Below are positions 1-11,916 of a stretch of DNA of 64,000 nucleotides, in pieces. The translations under genes were made by a program, and so were the position numbers. The stretch comes from the human T2T-CHM13v2.0 reference genome, Homo sapiens. The notes under the pieces are model-generated. The model worked only from the letters and a program-made list of their open reading frames with translations, made no database searches and was not told the DNA's origin. The DNA lies in assembly GCF_009914755.1 (NCBI RefSeq), contig NC_060926.1, one strand, 5' to 3'. Within the stretch, counting starts at the first letter, position 1. Every line of letters starts with the position of its first letter.

Positions 1-689
1 TAGCAAAATGTAAAATACCCTGGGTCGATAACCTATGAAAATGGAGGAAGTTTAGAACAAGAGTTACCCAAGATAGAACTTATATGTTTGTTTAGCTAGG
101 TTATTTGGGTAGCATGGAAAGTTTCCAGCTAGATTTTAAGGAGTAAGCATGTTAGTTTAAATTAAGACAATATTTTGTAATGGGAAAACTGTAACAATAA
201 ATAATATGATTCAATTACAAGGAGTGGGTTGCATACAATAATGTAATGCGTCTAGGGCCTAAGAGGCAGTTCAGACTACATTCTGGGTTCATTCTTGCCC
301 TTGGGAACCATAAAGTGTGAATGAGATAAACTTGCTTTCTATTCAAAATACTTCCCAGGGTGGGATGTATTCCCAGAACTTCTCAGGGTGGGAAAAGGAT
401 AACAGTGGTTGAGATGACTACTGGCCTCAGGGCTCACATGAAGCATCTCCTGGACTGGAGGAAGGCTTGTGTCCTTGAAAGGCACAGTGCCCTGGTCTGC
501 TCTGGCATTTGACAACGGACACCCAGGTTACAATTCACCAAAGGACACAATCCTAGGAAGCCAAGTGCCCATCAGTTTCCTGCTCTGGAAGTGGAGGAGG
601 CAATGAGGAACTCTGAGTTCTGGTCACCACCGCAGAAGGACCTCTTGAAGTACAAGGCCAAAGAGCCCTGACGTGGGAAGGATGGCAAT

Positions 690-880
690 GAACACTGAAT
701 GAGCATTTAGACTATGTGCAAAAGCAGTGTTTGGCACTTTAGACACCTTATCTCATTAAAGTTCACACCCCTACAGGAAAATGGCTTGGGGAGGTTAAAT
801 AGCTTATGCAAGATCCCACAGCTAGGAAGTGGCAGAGTGGAGATTCACAGCTAGATACTTTGACTTTCAAGTGCATACAT
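690..880 (-). mobile_element. MIR SINE
   Basis: gaggttaaatagcttatgcaagatcccacagctaggaagtggcagag matches the reverse complement of the MIR core. Confidence 0.8.
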
Positions 881-1493
881 GTTACTTTCTGTTCACCAAG
901 AAGAATACCCTGCTCCCTTGGGCTCTAACTGCAGCTTTGTTATTAACTGGCTATGTGACCTTGGCAGGCCTCTTAAAAAGATCTTGACTGAGGTTGCTTC
1001 CAACACTGTGAGTCTCTCTCTGATCATAATGGAGGAATGGGAAAAAATCCAAATGTTAGGTAGAAATGGTGAGCCCAATCGCAATATGGTCGTTCAACCT
1101 AAATTTTTCTACCATCAAAATCAGATAATGGAAATGAAAGGATCAAAAGAGGGAAATCATGGGAAGCCCAAACTCCTATGAACTGGAATTACTGCATTCT
1201 TGGAGCAGTAAAACAGATAAGCAATGTGGTGATAAACACGCAAAGACCAGCAGACTTTCAACAAACTCATTTCTTCTCATCTGGCCTGTCCTCCCATGTA
1301 AGCTGGGACAGGCCTGGGATCTTTGGGTCTTTTTGCCTTTGATTTAAAAATGGGTCATCTATTCCCAAGCCAACTGACCCAAGAACTCAAAAAAGAAGGT
1401 AATGGAAGATGCACAATGCTGTGTGTCTCTTAAAAAATATACAATATTGGTTGTCTTCCTATGGGGGCTGAAGAGATTGTACAGAAATCATTA

Positions 1494-2877
1494 CAGTCCT
1501 GTGCCACTTAATGATGGGGATACATTCTGAGAAATGTGTTGTTAGGCAATCTCGTTGTTGTGTGAAAATCATAGAGTGTATTTACACAAATCTAGATGGT
1601 GTAGCCCACTACACACCTGAGCTATGTGGTGTAGCCTATTGCTCCTAGGTTATAAACCTATACAGGCTATTAGTGTACTGAGTACTGTAGGTAACTGTAA
1701 TGCAATGTTTTTTCATATCTAAACATCGAAAAGGTCAGTAAAAACATGGCATAAAAGATTAAAAAAATGGTACACCTATATACGGGTGCTTACCATCAAT
1801 GGAGCTTGCAGGAATGAAAGCTGATCTGGGTAAGTGAGTGAGTGAGTGAGTGGTGAGTGAAGGTGAGGGCCTATGACATTACTGTATACTACTGTAGACT
1901 TTATAAACACTGTACACTTAGGCTACACTACATTATGAATTTTTTCTTTCTTCTATAATAAATTAACCTTAGCTTACCATAACTTTTTTACTTTGAAAAT
2001 CACACACCAGGGCCTGTTGTGGGGTTGGGGGAAGGGGGAGGGATAGCATTTGGAGATATACCTAATGTTAAATGACGAGTTACTGGGTGCAGCACACCAA
2101 CATGGCACATGTTTACATATGTAACTAACCTGCATGTTGTGCACATGCACCCTAAAACTTAAAGTATAATAAAAAAAAGAAAACTTTAAATTAAAAAAAA
2201 CTTGTAATAACACTTAGCTTAAAACAGAAACACATGGTACAGCTGTATAAGAATATTTTCTTTCTTTATATTCTTATTCCATACACTTTTTCCTATGATT
2301 AACATTTTTATTTATTTATTAATTTTTACTTTTTAAACTATTTTGGTGAAAAACTAAGACAGAAACACACATTAGACTAGGCCAACACAGGGTTAGAGAT
2401 CATCGAATCAATATCAATGTTTTCCACCTCCACATCTTGTCCCACCGGAAGGTCTTCAGGGGCAATAACACTCATGGAGCTGTCATCTCCTCTGATAACA
2501 ATTGCCTTCATCTGCAACATCTCTTGAAGGATCTGCCTGAGGCTCTCTTATTGTTCACTTAGAAACGAATAAGTAGGAGTACACTCTAAAATAATGATAA
2601 AAATTATAGTAAATACATAAACCAGTAACATTTATTACCATAATCAAGTATTTATGTACTGTACATAATTGTATGTGCTAGGCATTTATACAACTGACTG
2701 TATAGTTTTGTTTACACCAGCATCACCACAAATACGTAAGTAATGCATTGCACTATGATGTGACAATGATTATGATGTCACTAGGTGACAGAAAGCTTTC
2801 AGCTCCTTTATAATCTTATGTTACCACCGTCATATATGCCGTCTTTGCCCAAAACATCATTAAATGGTGCATGACTG
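1494..2877 (-). mobile_element. Tigger3b (Golem-derived TcMar-Tigger non-autonomous DNA transposon), full length, interrupted by L1
   Basis: Termini cagtc.../...catgactg with TA on both sides (1492-93, 2878-79); interior matches recalled Tigger3 (ggggatacattctgagaaatg; gaaggtcttcaggggcaataacac). Confidence 0.9.
2000..2178 (+). mobile_element. L1PA (approx. PA3-PA5) 3' UTR fragment
   Basis: gggatagcatttggagatatacctaatgttaaatgacgag...cctaaaacttaaagtataataaaa; putative short TSD GAAAA (1995-1999 / 2179-2183). Confidence 0.95.
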
Positions 2878-4919
2878 TAGTTACAAGAGGTATCAAGGCT
2901 ACAATGGGAGAGGGTAGTCAATGGCCACAGCGGCTTTCTTTTACAAGTTTGAATTCGTTTTATCTAAAGTTAAGGTAATAAAAAAAAGATTGAGGTGCTG
3001 ACACATGCTATAGCGTGAAGGAACCTCGAGAATTTTGAAAATGGAGTGATCTGTTTGAAACACTTAACCCTTAACTGGCACATACGAAGTTCTCAGTCCA
3101 TGGTAGCTATGCCAGTAGATTTCATCATTATTGTTACTACTTCTAATAGTGCGAATGTATATAAAAAGACCTTTCCTACAGTGTCTTGCCCATGGTAGAC
3201 TCAGTAAAATGTTAGTGCCACTTTCTCTAGTGAGATGTGTTCTTTTCCTTTTCATTAGAAAAATATGACAAGTGAAAAACCATTTCTACTAGCAAAGCTG
3301 GTAATTCAAAACTCACTCCCCTCACATTCATTCACCTGACTGAAATGGAGACATTATTAAAATAATTCAGATAACTCAATTTCAATAGATAATTTTTCCC
3401 TTTCCAAGAAATGACTGAAAACACATTTGACCTCCTTGTCTGAAGTGGCCTTGGTTCAGGGACTTTATCCAGTCTGAGGACAAACAGGCATTCTCATCCT
3501 AGTTGTGAAGTTACAGAAATCATCTGTTTGCTTCATCTGAGAATTTATGTTTTTTTCCTTTAGAAGGTTTTCTGTTATAGACCACACGGTTTCTGATTTA
3601 GTCAAGTTCCAGTTTCTTAATCATTCAGAAATTCTCAATTCAATTAGACAAAGTTAATCATTTGGAGAGCCTCCTCCTTCCTCCTTAGTAAAATCCAAAA
3701 GCTTTGGCTGATTCTATTGTGGATCACTTATCCTGCCACTTCATGGAATAAATCTACAAAAGACTTGATCTGGGAAACATGACAGTTAAGATGTTTGCTT
3801 TTCCAGTTTAGATTTAGAATTTTCTTACATTTGTATTTCTAATCCAGAAACCACATAGTAACTCTCTTTAGGAGAGAGAGACCTGCTTTCATAAATTTTT
3901 ACATGGGAGTTCAGAAAAGTCAGGTAAAACCATATGACATATTTAAATACTCAGAGGACGGAATATGAAATAAACATGTATACATAGAATGACCGGTGTC
4001 AGGGCTGACTGCCATAACAATGCTTATTTATTACTGCTGCCAGAACTCTGATATCAGTAGATGTGGTCATTTGAGGTGTCGAAGGTAATTTGAAAGAAGG
4101 AAAGCAAAGACTGGTATGACTGACTTGCAGAACCTTTGGAGATTGTATAGATCTCTGGATGTTTCGCTGGACAGTATGGGCACAAGGGTCAGGCACGACT
4201 CCATCCCAGCTCTAAGTAGACAAAATGAACAGAGACAAATACTTTCTCCTATTTTATCACACCAGCCCCATCCTTCACTGGGCTGTTGATTCTGTGAAAT
4301 CCCCTCTTTTGAACCTGTGATTTCTTGGCATCTTTTGTCATTTGGTGTGTTTCTTCCCACGTGTCTAGCCTTAATAGATTAAAGACAGTAGATGAGGGAT
4401 CTTTGTTATTTTTTTTCCCTATCTTCATCTTTCCCCTACTCCTTACTCACAGGGCTGTGATTAGTAACACACAAAGATGTCAGTCTCTAGAACTCAGTAG
4501 CCAAAGAAAAGAAACCACAGAGAGGTTGTGTAAACAGAGGCAAAGAGCCATTTCACTTTCAGGAAAGTGTCTTGCATAAAGAGGCATCAGGGAGGGAATA
4601 GTTTTGAACTTCTCCCATTTTTAAAGCTGGTTATTCAGCATAGTTGATCTTAATTGAGACAACTTGAATTTCCCTGACACTATTGATTCTTCATTTGACT
4701 TGGATCTTTCTTTTTCTTTCTATTCCCAGTGACAATAATCTCATTCAGAATCTTACCTTAGGGCTTAGATTGGTCCATTAACCCCTATCTACTCTTCTTG
4801 ACTCTGGTCTTTAATTCATGTACAACAAGATTATGTTAAAATTCCTGGAATATAATTTTCGTTATGCTATTGTTCTTGCTATTTATGAACTAATAATAGA
4901 ATCCTGTTATTTTTCTGCT

Positions 4920-5100
4920 TATAAGCCTAGAATGAATCTTCAACATCCACTTAGCCCTGGCATTCAAGTTTCATCATAATCTGGTACCAAGTATCTTTCT
5001 AGACTCTTTTCTCATTACTTTTTTTTAACCTTCAAAACGCTTTCTCTGCAGCAAATTGATTTAGTTATCATACCTTGCCTCTCCTCTCCCTACTCTGTGC
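4920..5100 (+). mobile_element. L2 fragment
   Basis: cttagccctggcattcaagtttcatcataatctgg resembles the L2 3' region. Confidence 0.55.
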
Positions 5101-5227
5101 TTGCCCAGCCACAACCCCTAGTGAATTTCAAGCTACTGACAGTTAGTATTTCTAGGAACAAAAAAGCCTTACTCAGTGAGACCTATAGTGGCAACCTCAG
5201 GGTGTTAAAAAGCTTCAATTATACCCA

Positions 5228-5900
5228 ATTCATTCAGGCATCCATTTATTCATTCATTTAGTGTCAGTTTTATCATAAGCTCTTTTGAACAACTAAATCC
5301 AGTGGACATCAAGACACACTAGACATGGTGCCTGACCTGAAGAACAAATATGTGTACCTAAATGTCATAGATGGAGGTGCACAGGGAATGAGTGAATCTT
5401 CCAGAGAGGGAGATATCAGGGAGGAAAAGCTTGAAAAGGAAGGTAACGTTTGAGCTGACTGTTGGGATATGAGCCAGTGTTCTTCTGAAGACTATGGAAA
5501 GGACAGTGTACCTGGAATTGGTGTGAGGACTGACAGAGAGAAGCTACAAGAGAGGAAGCTGTTGCAATAGGCAGTGATCAGATCTCAATGGGCCTCCCTT
5601 ATATGTTATGTTAAGAAGTTTGGATTTTGTTCCAGGAGCACTGGGAAATCACTGATAGACTGACCTAGCAACCTATATTTCTGGCTTGGGCACCTATGTG
5701 AATGATGCTGCTATTCATAGAAAGAAAAACATAGGTAGGAAGCACATTTCAGGGGACTAATAGCTCTGTTTTGTATCTATTGAGTTTGAAGTGTCAGTGG
5801 AACTTCAGAAGGCAGTTAGGTGCTCTGGAGAATTTGGGCCAGAGACTTAAATCTGAGAATAAATAGCCTATTATGTTAATGTCTTGGAAGTTTGAGCTGG
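5228..5900 (-). mobile_element. L2 LINE 3' part
   Basis: (attc)n tail; gttaagaagtttggattttgttcc and ttgagtttgaagtg typical of antisense L2. Confidence 0.75.
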
Positions 5901-6944
5901 ATTGAGAAGGTATGTGGAGTGCTGGTCCTTGTGCTGTAAGCATGGAGCTAAGAGTGATCCAAGAAAGTGTTTGCAAAAAGAGACTGGCACTGGATTTTCT
6001 CTGAGGTCTCTTTCTGCTCTAAAATGTTATGATTCCATGATTAATTTGCTAAATAAATTAATAGTGCAAACAGTATTTCAAGAGGAATGTTTAAATTACT
6101 TATGAGAACAAACTTTTTAAGTGCCCTCAAGCATCATAAAAACATCCACTCCCATAGACATAATTGATACACCAATTATAAATCTTTCTTAGCTCTTCAC
6201 TCAAGCAGATTTCCTAAGAACTATGTTTGGCCACATTATATTTACCTAGAAGAAGTTCTTGTTTGTATTTCAAAGCCATCAAACTTCATTTCTTTATACA
6301 ACATGTTTCAGCCTGGCCAGGCCCCCAGTAGGGTTGAATTATTAAATTTTTATAGTATGTGCAAGATCAAGTCTTGATGGATTGGTTTTTCTCTGGAGAA
6401 ATGCATATCTTCTTCTTAATTTGGGACACAGCTGTTAGAATTGCAGACTTCATAAAAAATGGCAACATATAACTCAGACAGTTCACAGAAACATTTCCTC
6501 TCAATTGGCATGGTCTTTGAGGACAAACCACACTCTAAAATGTTTGTATAACAGGAAAATGTGGTGTCAAGATGATCAAAACAAGATAGGAAATGATATA
6601 TTTTCACAAAATTTGCATACATTATTAAAAAATACCAGACAGTGCACATACAAAATAAGAACACAACCTTTAAAGGAGAGAGCCCTGATAAAAATGCAGG
6701 CAAATTAAATGCACATGTGAATGATAGACCCATGATTAGTGACAATAAATTTGATTTTCTTTTTCAGATTTGGGGAGAACATCAGCAATTCTCCCTACCA
6801 CAGCAAAAGCAGATGAAATCTGTTATTCTTATCATTCTTCGGTTATTTTATACTTAGATGAAATGTGTGAGTTAGCCATTCTGAGCCTCAGCCTCCTTAG
6901 CTGTGAAGTGCAGAACATCAAGCAGAGTCTTGGAGAAATCAGAC

Positions 6945-7330
6945 GGCACATGCAAACTAGGTCTTTAAAAGAGAGTTTAATTAGAGACTATTTCCAGAAA
7001 TGTGGGTAGGATTCCAGAAAATTCTCAGGGATAGCAGGAGCAAGGATCCTGCCAGTAAGCTCTATGTAGCAGTTACCTGACATGCTCTGCAACCTCAGAA
7101 GAGGAATGTGGTCAATCTGTGATAGCCTGAAAGGGAGAGAGCAGGAGATCTCACCCTGCTCCCACCCTCCACATCTCCTGTTGTTGCCTCCACTGGCCAA
7201 ACCCAACTGGAAGCCAGAGATCAAGGGAGCCAGTTGAGGCACTCTATAGAGACCCACTTCCCATGGCAGACAGCAGGGCAAGGCAGGGAGGAGAGTGAAT
7301 CTAGAGGGTCATAAGAAAGATATCCACCAT
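6945..7330 (-). mobile_element. LTR33 (ERVL) solo LTR
   Basis: ccactggccaaacccaactggaagccagag...gagagtgaatctagagggtc...gatatcca; similar to the copy at 24233-24923. Confidence 0.8.
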
Positions 7331-7437
7331 GGTGGATAGTAGAAGTATCAACCTTAGGGTAGTTGTGAAGATTAGGGAAGAATGGAGAAGACATGATTAG
7401 CACAGAAATTGACCCATAGTAAGAACTTGGCTTAACA

Positions 7438-7607
7438 GCTGAGGGTAGTGACACATGCCCATAGTCCCAACTACTCGTGAGGCAAGGGTGGGAGGGTCAC
7501 TCGGGCCCAGGAGTTTGAGGCTGTAGTGCGCTATGATCACACCTGTGAATAGCCACTGCACTCCAGTTTGGGCAACATAGTGAGACCCCATCTTTAAATA
7601 AATAAAT
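7438..7607 (+). mobile_element. FAM (fossil Alu monomer)
   Basis: Single 7SL-derived arm with FAM-diagnostic ggctgtagtgcgctatgatc..cctgtgaatagccactgcactccag and (aaat)n tail. Confidence 0.9.
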
Positions 7608-7798
7608 ATTAGCATTTAATATTATTTTTATTAACAGAGGCATTCAGTTGTGTCTCTTATGACATGTTTGATTTTTCCTTGCAGGCAAGGAGCCAGTTGT
7701 ACTACAGCTGGTGTCTCTTGAGTGTGAGCTAGATTGAGTGTGGAAGGCTGGCCCTTGTAACGTGAACATACAGCTAAGACTCATCCAAGAAAGAAGTG

Positions 7799-8279
7799 GT
7801 ATATTAATTTCCTATTACTACTGTTAAAAATAACACAAATTTAGTGCTTTAAAAAGAACACAAATTTATTAGAGTTCTGGAGGACAGAAGTACACAAAGT
7901 CAGTTTCATCAGGCTAATGTTTCTTTTATAGACTTCCGGGGAGAATCAATTTTCTTGCCTTTTCCAGTTTCTGGTGGTGGCCAGAATTCTTTGGCTTGTG
8001 GCCCCTTTTTCCATCTTCAGAGTGTATCACGCCAGCCTCTGCTTCCATGTTCACATGGTCTTCTCTCTGACCCTGACCCTATGGCTCATCTTTTTATAAG
8101 GACTTGTGATTACATTTAGGGACTACTTGGATAATCCAAGATCATCCTCCTACCTCAAGATCCTCATCTTAGTCACATCTGCAAAGTCCATTTTACCATG
8201 TCAAGATAACATAACAGTTTCCAGAGATTAGGATGTGGGTAGGTTTGGGGTGAGGGAGGGTATCATTTAGCCTACCACA
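7799..8279 (-). mobile_element. MLT1C/D-type MaLR solo LTR
   Basis: ataatccaagatcatcctcc..ctcaagatcc..cacatctgcaaagtcc; ends cctaccaca. Confidence 0.85.
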
Positions 8280-8389
8280 GGCGGATTCAGGACTTCTCGA
8301 TCTAAGTGGAATTCACTTGCTGTGTGATTAAATAGCTGCTTCTGAAGATTCCTGTAATATCCAATATCACAGTCTTAGACTTACAATCA

Positions 8390-8915
8390 GTCTTAGTCTC
8401 ATTGTATAGGGTTCCCTATACAATGAGAGCCCAGAGCAAGGGTTTATATGTAGGTAGTTTATTTTGGAAGTGGTCTCTGAGAACATGAATGATGGATTTA
8501 GAAAAGAAGAAAGGAGGGAAAGCCAATTCAAGGACACATTATTGGCCTGATCATCAGCGTAGGCAGCTAGAGCTCAGCCAGGACCTTCTGAAGAAAACAT
8601 AGAAGGTATTCCAGAGTAGTCTGTCCAAGACAGCAGGGCTGGTGGGAGAACACTAGTTTTATCAGTCATTGACCAAGAGTTGCCCTGTGGGTGCTAAATT
8701 GCTTGCACTTCAAACCTGCCCATTCGTCAGTCCAGGAAGTTTCCTTCAGGTGTTCCATGATACATCATAAAAGTCCCAGGGCTGAAAGCTAGAGATATAT
8801 GACAAGATAAGGTCAGGAAACCTGGTTTAACCCCAAACTAACTGGTTTCTGTCACAGTGCCTAGAAAGAGTGATACAGAAGAACACGAGATGGGGCACAA
8901 AATATGTCTACTACA
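8390..8915 (-). mobile_element. LTR16/LTR41-type ERVL solo LTR
   Basis: gtcttagtct..gggttccc..gtaggtagtttattttggaagtgg; ends tctactaca; homologous to 23485-24010 in the opposite orientation. Confidence 0.75.
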
Positions 8916-9139
8916 GTCAGCAAGGCTAATGGTAGAGGTGGAATGATCTTGGATTGGAATTGATAAATGTGGCTCATTGTGCAGTGCTATAGAGGATGCC
9001 AGAATTATTTGAAAATTCTGCCCAAGTGCACTCTTTTCTTAGAGAGAACATTGGGTCCATGATATGTGGTTACAAAAGAAAGCTCAGAAGTGCTTGCAAC
9101 AGCCTGAAATGCAAGCTTCCTTTGACCATCTACTCATGG

Positions 9140-9700
9140 TTTGCTTTATAGTCTAGTGGAGAAAGCCAGCATTAACATTAAATAAAAGATAATACGTAAA
9201 TAAATATTTTCAAGTGTTCTGATTTTCATGTACTTAGTCTGGGAGTTAGGGAATCTTTCCTTGAGAAATTATAACTAAGTTGAAACTTGAAGAATAAGTA
9301 GGAGTTTGGATAAAGGTAGCAGCATTCCACACAGAGGGAAGAGCCTGAAAGGAGTGTCTGAGTCAGAACAGAGCACTGCATGCTCAAGGGATGGAGAGAA
9401 TCCAGCATAGTGGGAGCAAGGAGGAAAGTCACAAGAAGAAATGGAAAAAGTGGGAGGTGTGGCACACAGAGACATTATGCAGAGTCTCATGGGCCAATAC
9501 AGATTTTAAACTACATCTTGGGAAGTCATTGAAGTTTTTTTAAAAAAATAAATTGGACACTCACAAGGTTAAATTTATATGTCTGAAAGGTTGATTGGTG
9601 GAGCTGAGGGGGTATAGGAATGAATGCAGGGAGAAACACGAGTGAGTCACAGGGAGAGATAATGATTGATATACTGAGGACACAAGTCACTGTGATTAGA
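9140..9700 (-). mobile_element. L2 fragment
   Basis: atagtctagtggaga; aagttgaaacttgaagaataagtaggagtt; gggaagtcattgaag. Confidence 0.75.
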
Positions 9701-9859
9701 GCTGAGCCAATCATTTCTGAATTCTAATGTATACCAGAATGGAAGTGACTTGTGTCCAGGAGGTAGTCTATAACTTCTGAAAAAGCTGAGAAGTCTCACT
9801 TCAGATTATGGACAGTAGGTAGGTCAGAAAAGACAAACTAGTCACCAGCAAGGCTGCAG

Positions 9860-10045
9860 CTTGAATAGAAAATAGGGGCTGCAGATCTTGGCTCAAAATA
9901 CAGAGGAACTTTTTAACAGTTGGAACTTCCTCCAAGTGAAATAGGTTCAGAAACTAAACACATTGGGAATATTCCAGAAGAGGCTGTCTGGCTAGATATG
10001 GTAGAAGAGATTTCTGCATTTGGGTTCTAAGATCCTTTTCAGAGA
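9860..10045 (+). mobile_element. L3/CR1 3' fragment
   Basis: cagatcttggctcaaaatacagaggaactttttaacag resembles the L3 3' end. Confidence 0.55.
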
Positions 10046-10111
10046 TAGTCCTAGGATTTGTCCTTGACTGGGTAGACCTCTGCACAAAGCAGGAGCTCCA
10101 AGAGCTATTCA

Positions 10112-10146
10112 GATCAATCAATCAATCAATCAACCTATCAATCAAC
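10112..10146 (+). repeat. (ATCA)n microsatellite
   Basis: gatcaatcaatcaatcaatcaacctatcaatcaa. Confidence 0.9.
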
Positions 10147-10286
10147 ATTTTAGTAGATTGAAGTTTAATATGCTTTCCTAAAGGTAAGATTTAATAATGG
10201 GAAGAAGAGGATTAAATGCTATGGTGTACCTGAGGTGTATAAAGAGAGGTATTCACAGGGGTTAGATTATACATTATGGAAAATGC

Positions 10287-10438
10287 GAAAGAGAAAGAAG
10301 AGAAAGAAGATGAGGAAAGAGAAAAAGAAAGAAAGAAAAAAGAAAGAGAAAGAAAAAAAGAAAACAAAAGAAAGAAAGGAAGGAAGGAAGAAAGGAAGGA
10401 AGGAAGGAAGGAAAGAAGGAAACAAGGGAAGAGAAAAA
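10287..10438 (+). repeat. Polypurine (GAAA)n/(GGAA)n low-complexity tract
   Basis: About 150 nt almost entirely A/G. Confidence 0.95.
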
Positions 10439-10482
10439 TCGCCCAGAACAAGAAGAGTTTGTAGACTATCATTATTCTAGAC

Positions 10483-10697
10483 CAGGGTTTCTCAATCCTG
10501 TTAGCATATTGGTTTGGATAATTCTATTGGTGGGAGTGGGAAGGTGGGTTGTATGTATAGGAAGGTGTTAATGGCATCCCTGATCTTGCCACACTAGATG
10601 CCAGTAGAAGCCCTGCTCCTTTCACCTCCCCCAAGAGATGTGCCAACCAAAAATGTCCCCCGGGGAGACAACAACCACTCATTGTTAAGAACCTTTG
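10483..10697 (-). mobile_element. MER20 (hAT-Charlie MITE)
   Basis: cagggtttctcaa...ctagatgccagtag...gttaagaacctttg; perfect 8-bp TSD ttctagac (10475-82, 10698-705). Confidence 0.92.
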
Positions 10698-11284
10698 TTC
10701 TAGACCTTGTATATTTTTGGTGCCATCAGAAGAAACATAGACAAGTTACAAAACCTAAAAAAGATAATCACTTTTTTTATTTTTTTAATCTCATTTTACA
10801 GGTAACCAACTCACCATTTGGATTATTGGTTTTTAAACTTTGAAAATACTTAATTTACTTGCAGATAGTTTTGATTCATTGTATTTTGATTCAAACAACA
10901 AGAGAGATGTTTTATTACAACCTGTCTTCTATCTGAGCCAAAATGTTTCACGTGTGGAAAATAAGTCAAGTTGAAAAACAAGTTGAGTCAGTAGGTCACC
11001 AGAACTGTGTGTGAATATACTTTTATGCAAATTCACCTGCATTTTGCCACTGAAAGAGAAACACTGAGAAGATGAAAAGGTTGGCACTGATGAAATAAAA
11101 ATTATGCATTTTTTTCTTCATTTTCTATAGGCCACAAGGAGTTTAAGTGATTTCCCATGATGTAGAAAAGCAACTCCTACTTGCAAATTAGCAAATCACC
11201 CATCCTGCTTCTTTCTAAAGAGTGATCTAGCCACAACTGGAGATTTCTTTCATTGCAATGTTGTCTACATCCCTCTCCATTTGA

Positions 11285-11880
11285 TTTTCAACACCTTAGC
11301 TGAAAGAATAATTTTTTCAACATGCAAATCTGATCATACTTTAAAACTTGTTATTGTCTTCCCTGTGCTCTTAGGCTAAAGACCATAATCCTTACCAAGG
11401 CCCCTGCCAGCTTCCTCCATCAAATCTTAAACTGCGTATCCCTGTTACATGTGCTTTGGCCACACCAGTCTTGTCTCAATTCTTTGGCTCCTCCCTATTT
11501 CATCCCTTCATAATGCTTTGCATATGTTATGTGCTTTGTTTGGGAACCTTTCTACAGCTTCTTCAACTTGGTGAACTTTCTCTCACTCTTCAGATCCTGG
11601 CTCAAGTAACACTTCTGTAGAGAAACCTCTCTAACCAACATATGAACAAACACTTCATCGTTAAATCGTCTCGTAGCACCATATGTCTGCTTCATAGCCT
11701 TAACTGCATTCGTTACTTTATATTTATATGGGTATTTGTTTGATTAATGTCCAACCCTTCCATTTAGGTGTCATCTCTGTGAAGCAGGAACTACATTCAT
11801 TTGTTTTACCATTGTATTCTCAGCACTTAACATAGTAGGCTCTGAATGAATATTTGTCAACTTAGTAAATTAATTAATCA
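11285..11880 (+). mobile_element. L2 3' part
   Basis: aacatgcaaatctgatcat...cagcacttaacatagtaggctctgaatgaatatttg. Confidence 0.8.
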
Positions 11881-11916
11881 ATTAGTCAAAATAGAGTCAT
11901 AGGTAACTATCTACAT

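Noticed and set aside
349-393. Direct repeat acttc(c/t)cagggtggga around a TTCCCAGAA STAT site
   Set aside because: One short local duplication and a single 9-mer; expected by chance
10212-10480. K/R/E-rich and F/S/L-rich ORFs
   Set aside because: Translations of the (GAAA)n/(GGAA)n tract
10770-10810. Recursive-splice-like ttttacag|gtaac
   Set aside because: ctcattttacag matches the MIR core motif and the donor (GTAACC) is weak
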